Source: a virus. Taken from it: DNA of 64,000 nt. Of the stretch, positions 20,795 to 30,395 are shown piece after piece. The notes beneath the pieces are model-generated. The model saw only the letters and a list, made by a program, of their open reading frames with translations. It searched no databases and was not told the origin of the DNA. Within the stretch, counting starts at the first letter, position 1; each line of letters begins with the position of its first letter. Both the position numbers and the translations under genes were made by a program. The DNA is taken from IMG/VR virus record IMGVR_UViG_3300034101_003783, positions 40,018 through 104,017 of that record; one strand, 5' to 3'.

Positions 20795-21549
20795 AGACGT
20801 GTATATCAACTAGATTTGATAGATATAATATATTTTTTGATTTGTGGTTAAAAAACTATTTGAATTATAATTTAGATATTATAATTTTTTTAGACGGAGA
20901 AGTTACTGAGATAGTAAATAAAGTTAATGAATTAAAAAATTTAGGTATTAAAATTTCAGTGATAGAGTTAAAAAATAAAGAAAATATCTATAAAATAGAT
21001 AATATAAAATTTTTTAACGGTATATTTAACATTTTATATAATGATTATAAATATGAAAAAATTATTTATATTGATCCTGACGAGTTAATATTAGTTGATG
21101 ATATTAACATTATTTTAAATAACCAAGATGATTTTTTGATTTCAAAAGGATTTGAAATAATTCAATATAAAAATGAAGAGTTTTATGATTTAAATAAAAA
21201 TTTTTTAGGTCAAAGAAATTTTGGTAAATGGACTCATGAATATGATAAAGTTTGCGTTTTTAAAAAAAATATTTTTCCCAAAAGTCAAGGTAGACATGGT
21301 TATAACATATCACATGGACCATCTATAATAGAAAAAAAATACATTTATTTAATTAATTTAAGAGAAATTTGTTTTTTAACTTTATTAGAAAACAGCGAAA
21401 TAAATTTAAAAAAATATGCAACAAATCATAAACATCATTCTTTAAGTTCATTTAAAGAAATAAATGATAGGATGGAAAAGTGGTATTACCCAAATTCAAT
21501 AGAAATCCCAACAGATATAAAAAAAATTATTATAAAACATAGTATATGA
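20791..21549 (+). CDS. Putative GT-A glycosyltransferase
   Basis: IIYIDPDE, YDK and GRH pattern shared with the 17938 GT. Confidence 0.55.
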   Translation: MKTCISTRFDRYNIFFDLWLKNYLNYNLDIIIFLDGEVTEIVNKVNELKNLGIKISVIELKNKENIYKIDNIKFFNGIFNILYNDYKYEKIIYIDPDELILVDDINIILNNQDDFLISKGFEIIQYKNEEFYDLNKNFLGQRNFGKWTHEYDKVCVFKKNIFPKSQGRHGYNISHGPSIIEKKYIYLINLREICFLTLLENSEINLKKYATNHKHHSLSSFKEINDRMEKWYYPNSIEIPTDIKKIIIKHSI

Positions 21550-22250
21550 AAAAAATAGCAATAATGCAACCTTATTTTATGCCATACATTGGGTATTTTC
21601 AGTTGATAAATTCTGTTGATGAGTTTATAATATATGACAATATCCAATATACAAAAAAGGGTTGGATTAATAGAAATAGAATTTTATCAAATGGTTCAGA
21701 TAAGATAATAACTTTACCATTAAAAAATGGGTCAACTTACTCAAATGTAGTTGAGAGGTTTGTATCAGATACTTGGGATGTAGATAAACAAAAACTTATT
21801 ACCCTAATAAATAATAGTTACAAAAAAGCTGATCATTTTTCAGAAGTTTTTGATTTAATTTATAATTGTATAAATTTTAAAGAAAATAATCTTTTTAATT
21901 TCATATATAATAGTATATCTAACATAAATGATTATTTAGATATTAAAACCCCAATAATATTGTCATCTTCATTAGATATAGACCATAATTTAAAATCCCA
22001 AGAAAAGGTCTTAGCGATTTGTAAAAATAGAAAAACAGAAGTTTATATAAATTCAATAGGAGGAATAAATTTATATGATAAAGAAACGTTTAAAAAAAAT
22101 AAAATAGACTTATTATTTATTAAGACAAATCCGATAGATTACAAACAATTTGATAATAAATTTATACCTTGGTTGTCTATAATTGACGTACTTATGTTCA
22201 ATTCAAAAGAAAAAATAAAAAATTTATTAGACGAATATACATTAACTTAA
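21546..22250 (+). CDS. wbqC: WbqC-like protein
   Basis: IMQPYFMPYIGYFQLI, WINRNRI and LSIIDVLMFN motifs. Confidence 0.9.
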   Translation: MKKIAIMQPYFMPYIGYFQLINSVDEFIIYDNIQYTKKGWINRNRILSNGSDKIITLPLKNGSTYSNVVERFVSDTWDVDKQKLITLINNSYKKADHFSEVFDLIYNCINFKENNLFNFIYNSISNINDYLDIKTPIILSSSLDIDHNLKSQEKVLAICKNRKTEVYINSIGGINLYDKETFKKNKIDLLFIKTNPIDYKQFDNKFIPWLSIIDVLMFNSKEKIKNLLDEYTLT

Positions 22251-22261
22251 AAATAAAAAAA

Positions 22262-22813
22262 ATGGAACATTTTTATCAAAAAATTCATGGGTGGTTTACA
22301 TACCCTAATTTATACTTACATGCGATTGAATCTTCACCTGATAATGGTCATTTTGTTGAGGTTGGGTCATGGAAAGGAAGAAGCGCGGCTTTTATGGGAG
22401 TCGAGATTATAAAATCAGGAAAAAAAATTAAATTAGATTGTATAGATCCTTTTTTAAGTGTTGGTGATGAAATGCCTCAGTATAAAATAACACACGAAGA
22501 ACTAAAGAATGATTTTATTAATAACATGAAACCTTTAGAAAATTATTACAAATTATATACAACAGGTTCTCCAGAGATAACTAAAATTTACGAAGACAAA
22601 TCTTTAGACTTTGTCTTTATTGATGGAAGTCATAAATATGATGATGTTGTAAACGACATTAAGGCTTGGTTACCTAAAATTAAACATGGAGGTATTTTAG
22701 CGGGTCATGACTATATTGATTTTGATGATGTGAAAAGAGCCGTTCATGATGTTTTAGGTGAGAAAGATTATTCTGATCCTTGGGGTAATAGGTGTTGGAT
22801 ATTAAATTGTTAG
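22262..22813 (+). CDS. Class I SAM methyltransferase (Methyltransf_24-like)
   Basis: VEVGSWKGRS, DFVFIDGSHKY and GGILAGHDY motifs. Confidence 0.9.
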   Translation: MEHFYQKIHGWFTYPNLYLHAIESSPDNGHFVEVGSWKGRSAAFMGVEIIKSGKKIKLDCIDPFLSVGDEMPQYKITHEELKNDFINNMKPLENYYKLYTTGSPEITKIYEDKSLDFVFIDGSHKYDDVVNDIKAWLPKIKHGGILAGHDYIDFDDVKRAVHDVLGEKDYSDPWGNRCWILNC

Positions 22814-22818
22814 TAAAT

Positions 22819-23781
22819 ATGAAATGGAAAAAATTAGGACATATTTTTGATCCCACAACTTGGGATGATGGTATTGATAGGCCTTGGATGAAAAGTCATT
22901 CACAATGTACTCATTCATTAATATTAGACAATATTGTTAGAATTTATTTTTCTTGTAGACCTGAAAATGATGTAAATGGGTTTGCTAAATCTTATACAAC
23001 ATTTTTAGATTTGGATAAAAACGATTTGACAAAAATCGTAAGAGTTTCGGATAAACCAATACTACCTTTGGGTGATTTAGGTACTTTTGATGAATTTGCG
23101 GTTTATCCTTCTTGTAATATAAAACATAAAAACAAAATTTTATTTTACTATGCTGGCTGGTCAAGGTGTCAATCTGTACCTTTTAACACCTCTATAGGAT
23201 TAGCAATAAGTGAAGATAATGGAGAAACGTTTAAACGAATAGGAAAAGGACCAATACTTTCTGCGAGTGTTAATGAACCTTTTGTTTTAAGCGGACCAAA
23301 AGTTAGGATATTCAACGACAAGTGGTACATGTTTTATTTATCAGGAACAAAATGGATTGATTATAATGGTAAACCAGAAATAATATATAAAAATAAATTG
23401 GCCTTTTCAGATGACGGTATTAATTGGGTTAAATATAATAAAAATATTATTCCTGATGTTTTAGATGAGAATGAATGTCAAGCAGGACCCGATGTATTTT
23501 TCAAAGACGGTTTATATCACATGTACTTTGTTTATAGGGAAGGTTTAGATTTTAGAACAAAAGAAGGTAGAGGTTATAAAATAGGTTACGCAACATCATT
23601 AGATTTATTAAACTGGGATCGTAAAGATAATGAGTCAGGAATTACATATTCAGAACATGGTTGGGATAGTAAAATGCATCATTACCCTCATGTCTTTAAT
23701 ATTGGGAAAGAGTATTATATGACATATAATGGAAATGATTTTGGTAGGTATGGATTTGGGATTGCTAAATTAGAAAAATGA
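22819..23781 (+). CDS. Five-bladed beta-propeller glycosidase-like protein
   Basis: MKWKKLG start (more likely than 22792). LGTFD, IGLAISEDNG, SDDGINW, IGYATS and YNGNDFG repeats. Confidence 0.75.
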   Translation: MKWKKLGHIFDPTTWDDGIDRPWMKSHSQCTHSLILDNIVRIYFSCRPENDVNGFAKSYTTFLDLDKNDLTKIVRVSDKPILPLGDLGTFDEFAVYPSCNIKHKNKILFYYAGWSRCQSVPFNTSIGLAISEDNGETFKRIGKGPILSASVNEPFVLSGPKVRIFNDKWYMFYLSGTKWIDYNGKPEIIYKNKLAFSDDGINWVKYNKNIIPDVLDENECQAGPDVFFKDGLYHMYFVYREGLDFRTKEGRGYKIGYATSLDLLNWDRKDNESGITYSEHGWDSKMHHYPHVFNIGKEYYMTYNGNDFGRYGFGIAKLEK

Positions 23782-24944
23782 ATATAGAATATAAAATAAA
23801 TAACTCAACTATAGAGGACATAGTTTATCACCTAACTAATTGTTCTAAACTTTTTGTTCCCGAACTTAACACTTATGTTAATATTTTAGAATATTCTAAT
23901 AAAATTTTTAATAAAAGTGTGAGGTTTGAAGCATATAATGACGGAAATCTAATTGGGTTATTGGCATTATATATTAATGAAGAATCTAAATCAACTTTTA
24001 TAACAAATCTTAGTGTTGATATTAATCACCAAAAAAAAGGAGTATCAAAAAAATTATTAAATAACTGTAAAGATTTTAATTTTTATAAAAACTATGATTT
24101 TATTTTATTGGAAGTATTTAAAAAAAATATTAATGCTATTAACTTTTATAAAAAAAATAATTTTAAAATATTAAAAAATATAGAGGATAAATTAATTATG
24201 AAATTAGCAACAAGAAATTATGATCAAGAATTTTTAGACACTAAAGATCACAAATACGCATATAATTTTGATTTTGACGTAATGCACCACTACATGGTTA
24301 AATCTTTTGAGCCTTTTATTAAAAAAGATAATGTGTTAGAATTAGGTAGTTTTAAAGGAGATTTTACAGAAAAAATAATACCTTTATTTAAAACCATAAC
24401 TTGTATTGAAGGTTCCGAATCTGCCGTTAAAATAGCAAAGGAAAAATTTAATGAAAGTGTGGAAATAATACATTCCACATTTGAAGATCTTTGTCTAGAA
24501 AGAAGTTTTGACAATGTAATTCTTACTCATGTATTAGAACATATTGATGACCCAATAGGACTATTAAAAAAAATTAATAACAATTGGTTAACAGATGATG
24601 GATTTTTATTTGTGGTTTGCCCAAATGCAAATGCACCATCAAGACAGATTGCCGTAAAAATGGGTCTAATAACACACAATAGCGCAATAACAGATTCTGA
24701 AGAAAAACACGGACATAGAATAACATATACTTTAGACACATTAGAAAGAGATATTGTTAATTCTGGGTTAGAGGTCGTATATAGAAGCGGTATTTTTTTT
24801 AAATCTTTATCGAACTTTCAATGGGATAAGATTTTAAATACAGATATAATCACAAAAGAATATCTTGACGGTTGTTATAAATTAGGTCAACAATATCCTG
24901 ACTTATGTTCTAGTATATTTTTTGTTTGTAAAAAAGGTAAATAA
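23778..24944 (+). CDS. GNAT acetyltransferase fused to class I SAM methyltransferase
   Basis: N-terminal LSVDINHQKKG..NINAINFYKK. C-terminal LELGSFKG and THVLEH. Confidence 0.85.
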   Translation: MNIEYKINNSTIEDIVYHLTNCSKLFVPELNTYVNILEYSNKIFNKSVRFEAYNDGNLIGLLALYINEESKSTFITNLSVDINHQKKGVSKKLLNNCKDFNFYKNYDFILLEVFKKNINAINFYKKNNFKILKNIEDKLIMKLATRNYDQEFLDTKDHKYAYNFDFDVMHHYMVKSFEPFIKKDNVLELGSFKGDFTEKIIPLFKTITCIEGSESAVKIAKEKFNESVEIIHSTFEDLCLERSFDNVILTHVLEHIDDPIGLLKKINNNWLTDDGFLFVVCPNANAPSRQIAVKMGLITHNSAITDSEEKHGHRITYTLDTLERDIVNSGLEVVYRSGIFFKSLSNFQWDKILNTDIITKEYLDGCYKLGQQYPDLCSSIFFVCKKGK

Positions 24945-24947
24945 ATT

Positions 24948-25652
24948 ATGAAGATTGGAATTATAATTTGTACATACAAAAGAAAAGATGGTAAAACGTT
25001 TGAGTATTTAACAAATACGTTAAATTCAGTTTTAGATCAAAAATATAAAAATTATAAAATATATTTAATAGGGGATAGATATGAGGATAGGGATGAGTTT
25101 GAGTTATATAGAAATTTATTATCATCAATTGATTCTCATTGTGAAAATTTAGGATTTGCAAATGAAAGAGATGTTTATGGGGAAAACAAAATTGCTTTGT
25201 GGTCTTACGCAGGGACTTTTGCAACAAATTACGCAATGGACCTATGTCAAAAAGATAATATTGATTATGTTTGTTTTTTAAATCATGATGATTTTTGGTA
25301 TTCAGAGCATCTAGAAGAAATAAATAATTTAATAACAACAGATAAAACTGATTTTATATGTACCAAATCTACAAACAGAGGAGGTACGTTACCAAACATA
25401 AATTCAGAAAACAAATACGTAGAATTTAATCCGGTCCCTTGCGGTTTAATACATTCTTCAGTTTGCATGAATATAAAAACAATACCTTTAAGATATATTG
25501 ACATTTTTAAAGAAACAGGTCAAATAGGTTTACCTGGTGATGCGGAATTTTGGTCTCGTGTTTCTGAACATATAACAAAAAATAATTTAAAAAGTAAATT
25601 AATAAATGTGTTGACTTGTAGACACGATGAAGAAGGTTATGAATTAAGATAA
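24948..25652 (+). CDS. Glycosyltransferase family 2
   Basis: IIICTYKR, SVLDQ, FLNHDDFW and GDAEFW motifs. Confidence 0.75.
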   Translation: MKIGIIICTYKRKDGKTFEYLTNTLNSVLDQKYKNYKIYLIGDRYEDRDEFELYRNLLSSIDSHCENLGFANERDVYGENKIALWSYAGTFATNYAMDLCQKDNIDYVCFLNHDDFWYSEHLEEINNLITTDKTDFICTKSTNRGGTLPNINSENKYVEFNPVPCGLIHSSVCMNIKTIPLRYIDIFKETGQIGLPGDAEFWSRVSEHITKNNLKSKLINVLTCRHDEEGYELR

Positions 25653-25656
25653 TATT

Positions 25657-26484
25657 ATGAAAAAAATTATAAATTTTACACCAACAGGAACACAAACAAA
25701 TAGAGAAAATTCATTAGCGCCCCTAACACCAAATGAAATTATCGAAGAAGTTCATGAGGCATATGAGTTTGGTATTACCATGACCCATATTCATGCAAGA
25801 GACCCTAAAGATTTTTCAAACACATATAAGAAAGAAATATATAAGCCTATAATAGATGGCATAAGAAAACATTGCCCCAATTTAGTGATTTGCGTTTCTT
25901 TAACGGGAAGATTGTTTCCTGAGTTTGATAAAAGATCTGAAGTGTTAGAATTGTATCCTGATATGGGATCATTAACAATGTCATCATTAAATTTCCCAAA
26001 ATCATCATCTATTAATGAACCAAAAATTATTTTAGATCTAATAGAAAAAATGAAATTGTATGGTGTAATTCCTGAAATAGAATGTTTTGATTCAGGTATG
26101 ATTAACTATACTAAGTATTTAATGGATAAAAAAATTTTAGATGAACCTAATTATATGAATATTATTTTAGGTAATATTTATAACGCACAAACAGACATAT
26201 CAACAATATCCTCAATAATTAGTAATTTACCAAAAGATACAAAAGTTTGTTTAGGTGGGATTGGTAAAGATCAATTAAAATCAAATATTATGGGTTTAAT
26301 GTATGCTAACGGAGTAAGAATTGGTCTTGAAGATAATTTATATTATTATGAAAAAAATTTAACAAAAAATATAGATCTATTAAAAAGAATTCACAGAATT
26401 ATAGTAGAACTAAATTATGAAGTTTTATCGCCTTTAGAATTTAAAGAATTAGGTTTTGGTAATAAAATTTTAAATAAAAAATAG
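25657..26484 (+). CDS. kce: 3-keto-5-aminohexanoate cleavage enzyme family (BKACE/DUF849)
   Basis: PLTPNEI, HIHARD (Zn ligands), GSL...SLNF, PEIECFD and VRIGLEDN motifs. Confidence 0.9.
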   Translation: MKKIINFTPTGTQTNRENSLAPLTPNEIIEEVHEAYEFGITMTHIHARDPKDFSNTYKKEIYKPIIDGIRKHCPNLVICVSLTGRLFPEFDKRSEVLELYPDMGSLTMSSLNFPKSSSINEPKIILDLIEKMKLYGVIPEIECFDSGMINYTKYLMDKKILDEPNYMNIILGNIYNAQTDISTISSIISNLPKDTKVCLGGIGKDQLKSNIMGLMYANGVRIGLEDNLYYYEKNLTKNIDLLKRIHRIIVELNYEVLSPLEFKELGFGNKILNKK

Positions 26485-26487
26485 TAT

Positions 26488-27114
26488 TTGGAGGAGATAA
26501 CAATATTAGGGTTTACAGAGTCACATTTTTATATGATTTTGGATATTATAGATGGGTTAAGAATTAACCCAAATATTTTTATTTATGATAACCAAAATAG
26601 ACATGTTGAAAACAAAAAATTTGTTCGTAAAAATATTTTAAAGATAGAATCTTTAAAAAATAAAAAAAATTATGTTTTATGTTTTGCAAAACCTTTTGGA
26701 AAGAAAAAATTTATTGAGGAATTAAATTTAAATAGCAGCTTATTTATAAATTTAATTCATAACTCATCTGTTATCTCAAATTACTGTGACTTAGGTGTAG
26801 GGGTAAGAATAGAGCCATTATGTGTTATTTCTAATAACACAATAATAGAAGACTACGTTCATATTAATCGGGGGTCTTATATTGGTCACCATTGTAAAAT
26901 AGGTAAATACTCAACTATAAATCCTGGAGTTAATTTAAGTGGTGGTGTAATTATTGGTGAAAACACGGAAATAGGAATTGGTACGAATATTATTAATAAT
27001 ATTAAGATTGGTAAAAATGTTTTGATTGGAGCTGGTTCGGTTGTAACTAAAGATATTCCTGATAATGTTATTGCGTTTGGTAATCCATGTAAAATAATAA
27101 AAGAAAATTTATAA
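26488..27114 (+). CDS. NeuD/PglD-like sugar acyltransferase (left-handed beta-helix)
   Basis: Hexapeptide repeats, IGHHCKIG, IGAGSVVTKD and GNPCK motifs. TTG start. Confidence 0.88.
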   Translation: MEEITILGFTESHFYMILDIIDGLRINPNIFIYDNQNRHVENKKFVRKNILKIESLKNKKNYVLCFAKPFGKKKFIEELNLNSSLFINLIHNSSVISNYCDLGVGVRIEPLCVISNNTIIEDYVHINRGSYIGHHCKIGKYSTINPGVNLSGGVIIGENTEIGIGTNIINNIKIGKNVLIGAGSVVTKDIPDNVIAFGNPCKIIKENL

Positions 27115-27687
27115 ATGTTACACATTATAACACCTCTATATAGACCAAATAACCTAAAATTAATATGGGAATCTATTCCAAAACATACAGATATTACGTG
27201 GCATATCTCAAAGTCAAATAAAACAGAAAAATTAAATTTTAATTTTTTAAATGAAGATAATAGAATAAAAATATACGAAGTTGATTGTGATGATAATGAA
27301 GCATTCAAAAAAAGAAGATCAGTATTAGAAAATATTAAAGATGGTTATTTTTGTTTTTTAGATGACGATACAATTTTTAACATAAATATGTATAAAAAAT
27401 ATGTTTTATGTGAAAAACAAAATTTTCACGGTATTGTTATAGGTCGACAAATAAGAAAAAATGGTACTTTAAGATTAAAACCATCTTACCCAAAATCTGG
27501 ATTTATTGATGTTGGTAATGTTTTGGCACATAGTGGGTGTTTAGAAAAATGTGAGTGGCCCGAAACATATACAAAAGGAGTAAATCATAGAGATTTTCTT
27601 TTTTGGAATTCTGTTTATATTTACTATGAAAAAAAATGTGTCCTATGGGATTACGTAATAAGTTACTACAATAAACTAAGAACATAA
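27115..27687 (+). CDS. GT-A glycosyltransferase-like
   Basis: IITPLYRP.NL, FLDDD and IDVG motifs. Confidence 0.65.
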   Translation: MLHIITPLYRPNNLKLIWESIPKHTDITWHISKSNKTEKLNFNFLNEDNRIKIYEVDCDDNEAFKKRRSVLENIKDGYFCFLDDDTIFNINMYKKYVLCEKQNFHGIVIGRQIRKNGTLRLKPSYPKSGFIDVGNVLAHSGCLEKCEWPETYTKGVNHRDFLFWNSVYIYYEKKCVLWDYVISYYNKLRT

Positions 27688-27692
27688 AAAAA

Positions 27693-28427
27693 ATGACAAG
27701 AAAAAAACCTATACATCAGAAAGAAGAATCATCAGTACCAATAGCATCAAAAAAAGACTTTATAAATACAGTAATAAAGAAAAAACAAAAAAATAAATTT
27801 TTATCTGAACACCAAGAAGATTATTACAACATTTTAAAAACAAATCAAATCACAATTGCATCAGGACCAGCCGGAGTCGGTAAATCTTATATTGCAATGA
27901 AAGCTGCGGTTGATTTACTTATAGACCCGGATAATTCATATGAAAAGATCATTATTGTAAGACCGGCGGTTGAGGCCGAAGAAAAACTTGGTTCACTTCC
28001 CGGTAACCTTGAGGAAAAGTTAGATCCATATATTTTTCCATCTTATTACCTTTTAAATAAAATTATTGGGAAGGAATCCAGAGAAAAATTAAAAGAAGCT
28101 GAAATTATTGAGGTGTTTGCTTTGGCCTATATGAGGGGAATGAACATTGACAACTCAATATTAATTTTTGATGAAGCTCAAAACTCAACACCAAATCAAA
28201 TGAAATTATTATTAACAAGAATCGGTTTTAATAGTAAATTTTTTATTTCTGGTGATTTAGAACAGACTGACCGGTACAAAGATAAAAAACAATCCGGTCT
28301 TTATGACGCTCTACAAAGATTTAAAGGTATTCCAGACATTGGTGTTTATGATTTTAGAAACGCTAAAAATGTTCGTAATCCATTAATCAGTAAAATTTTA
28401 GCAGAATATGAAGAGAATAGGGATTGA
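27693..28427 (+). CDS. phoH: PhoH-like ATPase
   Basis: GPAGVGKS, RPAVEA, LGSLPG, YMRG, DEAQN and GDLEQ motifs. Confidence 0.95.
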   Translation: MTRKKPIHQKEESSVPIASKKDFINTVIKKKQKNKFLSEHQEDYYNILKTNQITIASGPAGVGKSYIAMKAAVDLLIDPDNSYEKIIIVRPAVEAEEKLGSLPGNLEEKLDPYIFPSYYLLNKIIGKESREKLKEAEIIEVFALAYMRGMNIDNSILIFDEAQNSTPNQMKLLLTRIGFNSKFFISGDLEQTDRYKDKKQSGLYDALQRFKGIPDIGVYDFRNAKNVRNPLISKILAEYEENRD

Positions 28428-29091
28428 GGTTAACGGTGTTCTTAGAGATACTTTAGGTAAATTTAAGCAAATTTATGAAAAACATTTAATTGATTCTGAT
28501 CAAAATAACGAATTAGAATCATATGAGTTGGATTTTAAATTAGATGAGGATGAGTATTTAGATATTTCTAAAAAAGAATCTACAGAACCATTTAAATACG
28601 AAATTATTAGTGATGTAAATTCTTTAGACTTATTGAATCATTTTAAATTTAAATCTAAAGATGAATTATATTCATTTATGTATGAAGAATATACTATGGA
28701 AATTTTTGGCCATTCTCCTTCATCAGAAATTAACACTTTTAATATACTAAATGAAATATATTATAATTTAAGAGATGAATATGATATATTAATTGTGTCC
28801 GATGAGATAGGTAAATCAAAACCATCTTCACTATTTTTTCTCTCTAAATTTGGGTGTTTAATCGAAAAAGTATTTTTTTATAGTGAACTAACAAAAAATA
28901 AAATGTTTGATGAAGTAGATATTTTACTTACTTCAAATCCTAACTTATTATTAAATAGTTATCAGGATAAAATTTTAATAAAATATGAAACTGATTATAA
29001 TAAACAAATACCTGTCAAATACACAATAAAATCTTTATCTGAATTTGAAGGTATAATTAAAAAAATAAATTACGATGTTCAAAATTTTTAA
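28408..29091 (+). CDS. HAD/5'-nucleotidase-like protein with degenerate catalytic motif
   Basis: IGIEVNGVLRD in place of the usual IGIDxDGVLRD. Confidence 0.5.
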   Translation: MKRIGIEVNGVLRDTLGKFKQIYEKHLIDSDQNNELESYELDFKLDEDEYLDISKKESTEPFKYEIISDVNSLDLLNHFKFKSKDELYSFMYEEYTMEIFGHSPSSEINTFNILNEIYYNLRDEYDILIVSDEIGKSKPSSLFFLSKFGCLIEKVFFYSELTKNKMFDEVDILLTSNPNLLLNSYQDKILIKYETDYNKQIPVKYTIKSLSEFEGIIKKINYDVQNF

Positions 29092-29329
29092 TGAAAACTA
29101 TTACATTGATCTTGATGTATTAGATGACTATGTTAATATAACAAGTTTAAGTGGGGAACCTCAAATACATTTGGTTAAGTATGAAACAATAAAATCTATG
29201 TTAGAGACTGTTTTAACCGAAAGTAACGAAATTGATGATAATTTGGGTTTAAAAAATAGTGAATTGTCAATACCTTTTAAAGTTGCATTTAATACTCTAC
29301 TAATAAAAAAAATAATAAACAAATTATAA
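29075..29329 (+). CDS. Hypothetical protein
   Basis: 84-aa ORF in the operon. Confidence 0.6.
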   Translation: MFKIFNENYYIDLDVLDDYVNITSLSGEPQIHLVKYETIKSMLETVLTESNEIDDNLGLKNSELSIPFKVAFNTLLIKKIINKL

Positions 29330-29333
29330 AACT

Positions 29334-30392
29334 ATGAATACTGAACAGATATCAAAATTAGAAAAGTCTATTCAAAACATGAAAGACAAAAAATCAAGAA
29401 TATATTTTCTTGTACAAGACACTAAAGGAAACGCTAAGGCATCAATTAGATACATTTATCATATAGCGTTAGAACTTAAAAAAGAAGGTTTTAATCCTAT
29501 TATATTGCATGAAAAACCAGATTATTACGGTGTTGCAAATTGGCTTGGGGATGAATATATGAACGAATTACCACACAAAGCAATAGAAGGTACAAATTTA
29601 GATGTTTCTCCTGAAGATTTTATTATTATACCAGAAATATATGGGTTTGTGATGGACCAAATAACAAATTTACCTTGTGGTAAAATTGTTCTGTGCCAAG
29701 CATATGATCATATTTTTGAAACTTTACAACCAGGTCAAACATGGCCCCTTTTAGGTTTCTTTAAATGTTTAACAACATCTGAAAATCAAAAAGAATATAT
29801 TAAAAATGTTGTTAGAAATATTTCTATAGATGTTATTGAACCTAAGATTTCTAATGTTTTTGAAAAACAACAGGCCCCACCTAAAACCATTGTTTCAATC
29901 CATACAAGAGAACATAGAGATACTACAAATTTAATAAAAACATTTTACGCAAAATTTCCTCAATATAGATGGATTACCTTTAGAGATTTAAGGGGATTAT
30001 CTGAAACTGAATTTTCAGATGCAATGAAAGAAAGTTTTGTTTCAGTTTGGATTGATGAGGTTAGTGGATGGGGTACTTTTCCTTTAGAGTCAATAAAAAT
30101 GGGAATCCCTGTAATAGGTTTAGTACCTAATTTAGTCCCTAATTGGATGAATGAAGATAATGGGGTTTGGATTAATAATAAAAATATGTTTCCAGATGTT
30201 ATTGCCGACTTTATTCAAAATTGGCTAGAGGATAATATTAATCCTGAATTATATGATAACATGGAAAAAACATCTGAAAATTTATCTACTGACGAAAAAT
30301 TTAACACAGATGTAATTGAGTTTTTTAATCAAATAATATCAACAAGATTAGAGAATTTTGAATCACAATTAAATAAATTAGAAACAATATAA
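29334..30392 (+). CDS. Putative GT-B glycosyltransferase
   Basis: IIIPEI, GWGTFPLESIKMGIPVIG (GT-B ExxxxG-type motif). Confidence 0.7.
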   Translation: MNTEQISKLEKSIQNMKDKKSRIYFLVQDTKGNAKASIRYIYHIALELKKEGFNPIILHEKPDYYGVANWLGDEYMNELPHKAIEGTNLDVSPEDFIIIPEIYGFVMDQITNLPCGKIVLCQAYDHIFETLQPGQTWPLLGFFKCLTTSENQKEYIKNVVRNISIDVIEPKISNVFEKQQAPPKTIVSIHTREHRDTTNLIKTFYAKFPQYRWITFRDLRGLSETEFSDAMKESFVSVWIDEVSGWGTFPLESIKMGIPVIGLVPNLVPNWMNEDNGVWINNKNMFPDVIADFIQNWLEDNINPELYDNMEKTSENLSTDEKFNTDVIEFFNQIISTRLENFESQLNKLETI

Positions 30393-30395
30393 AAT

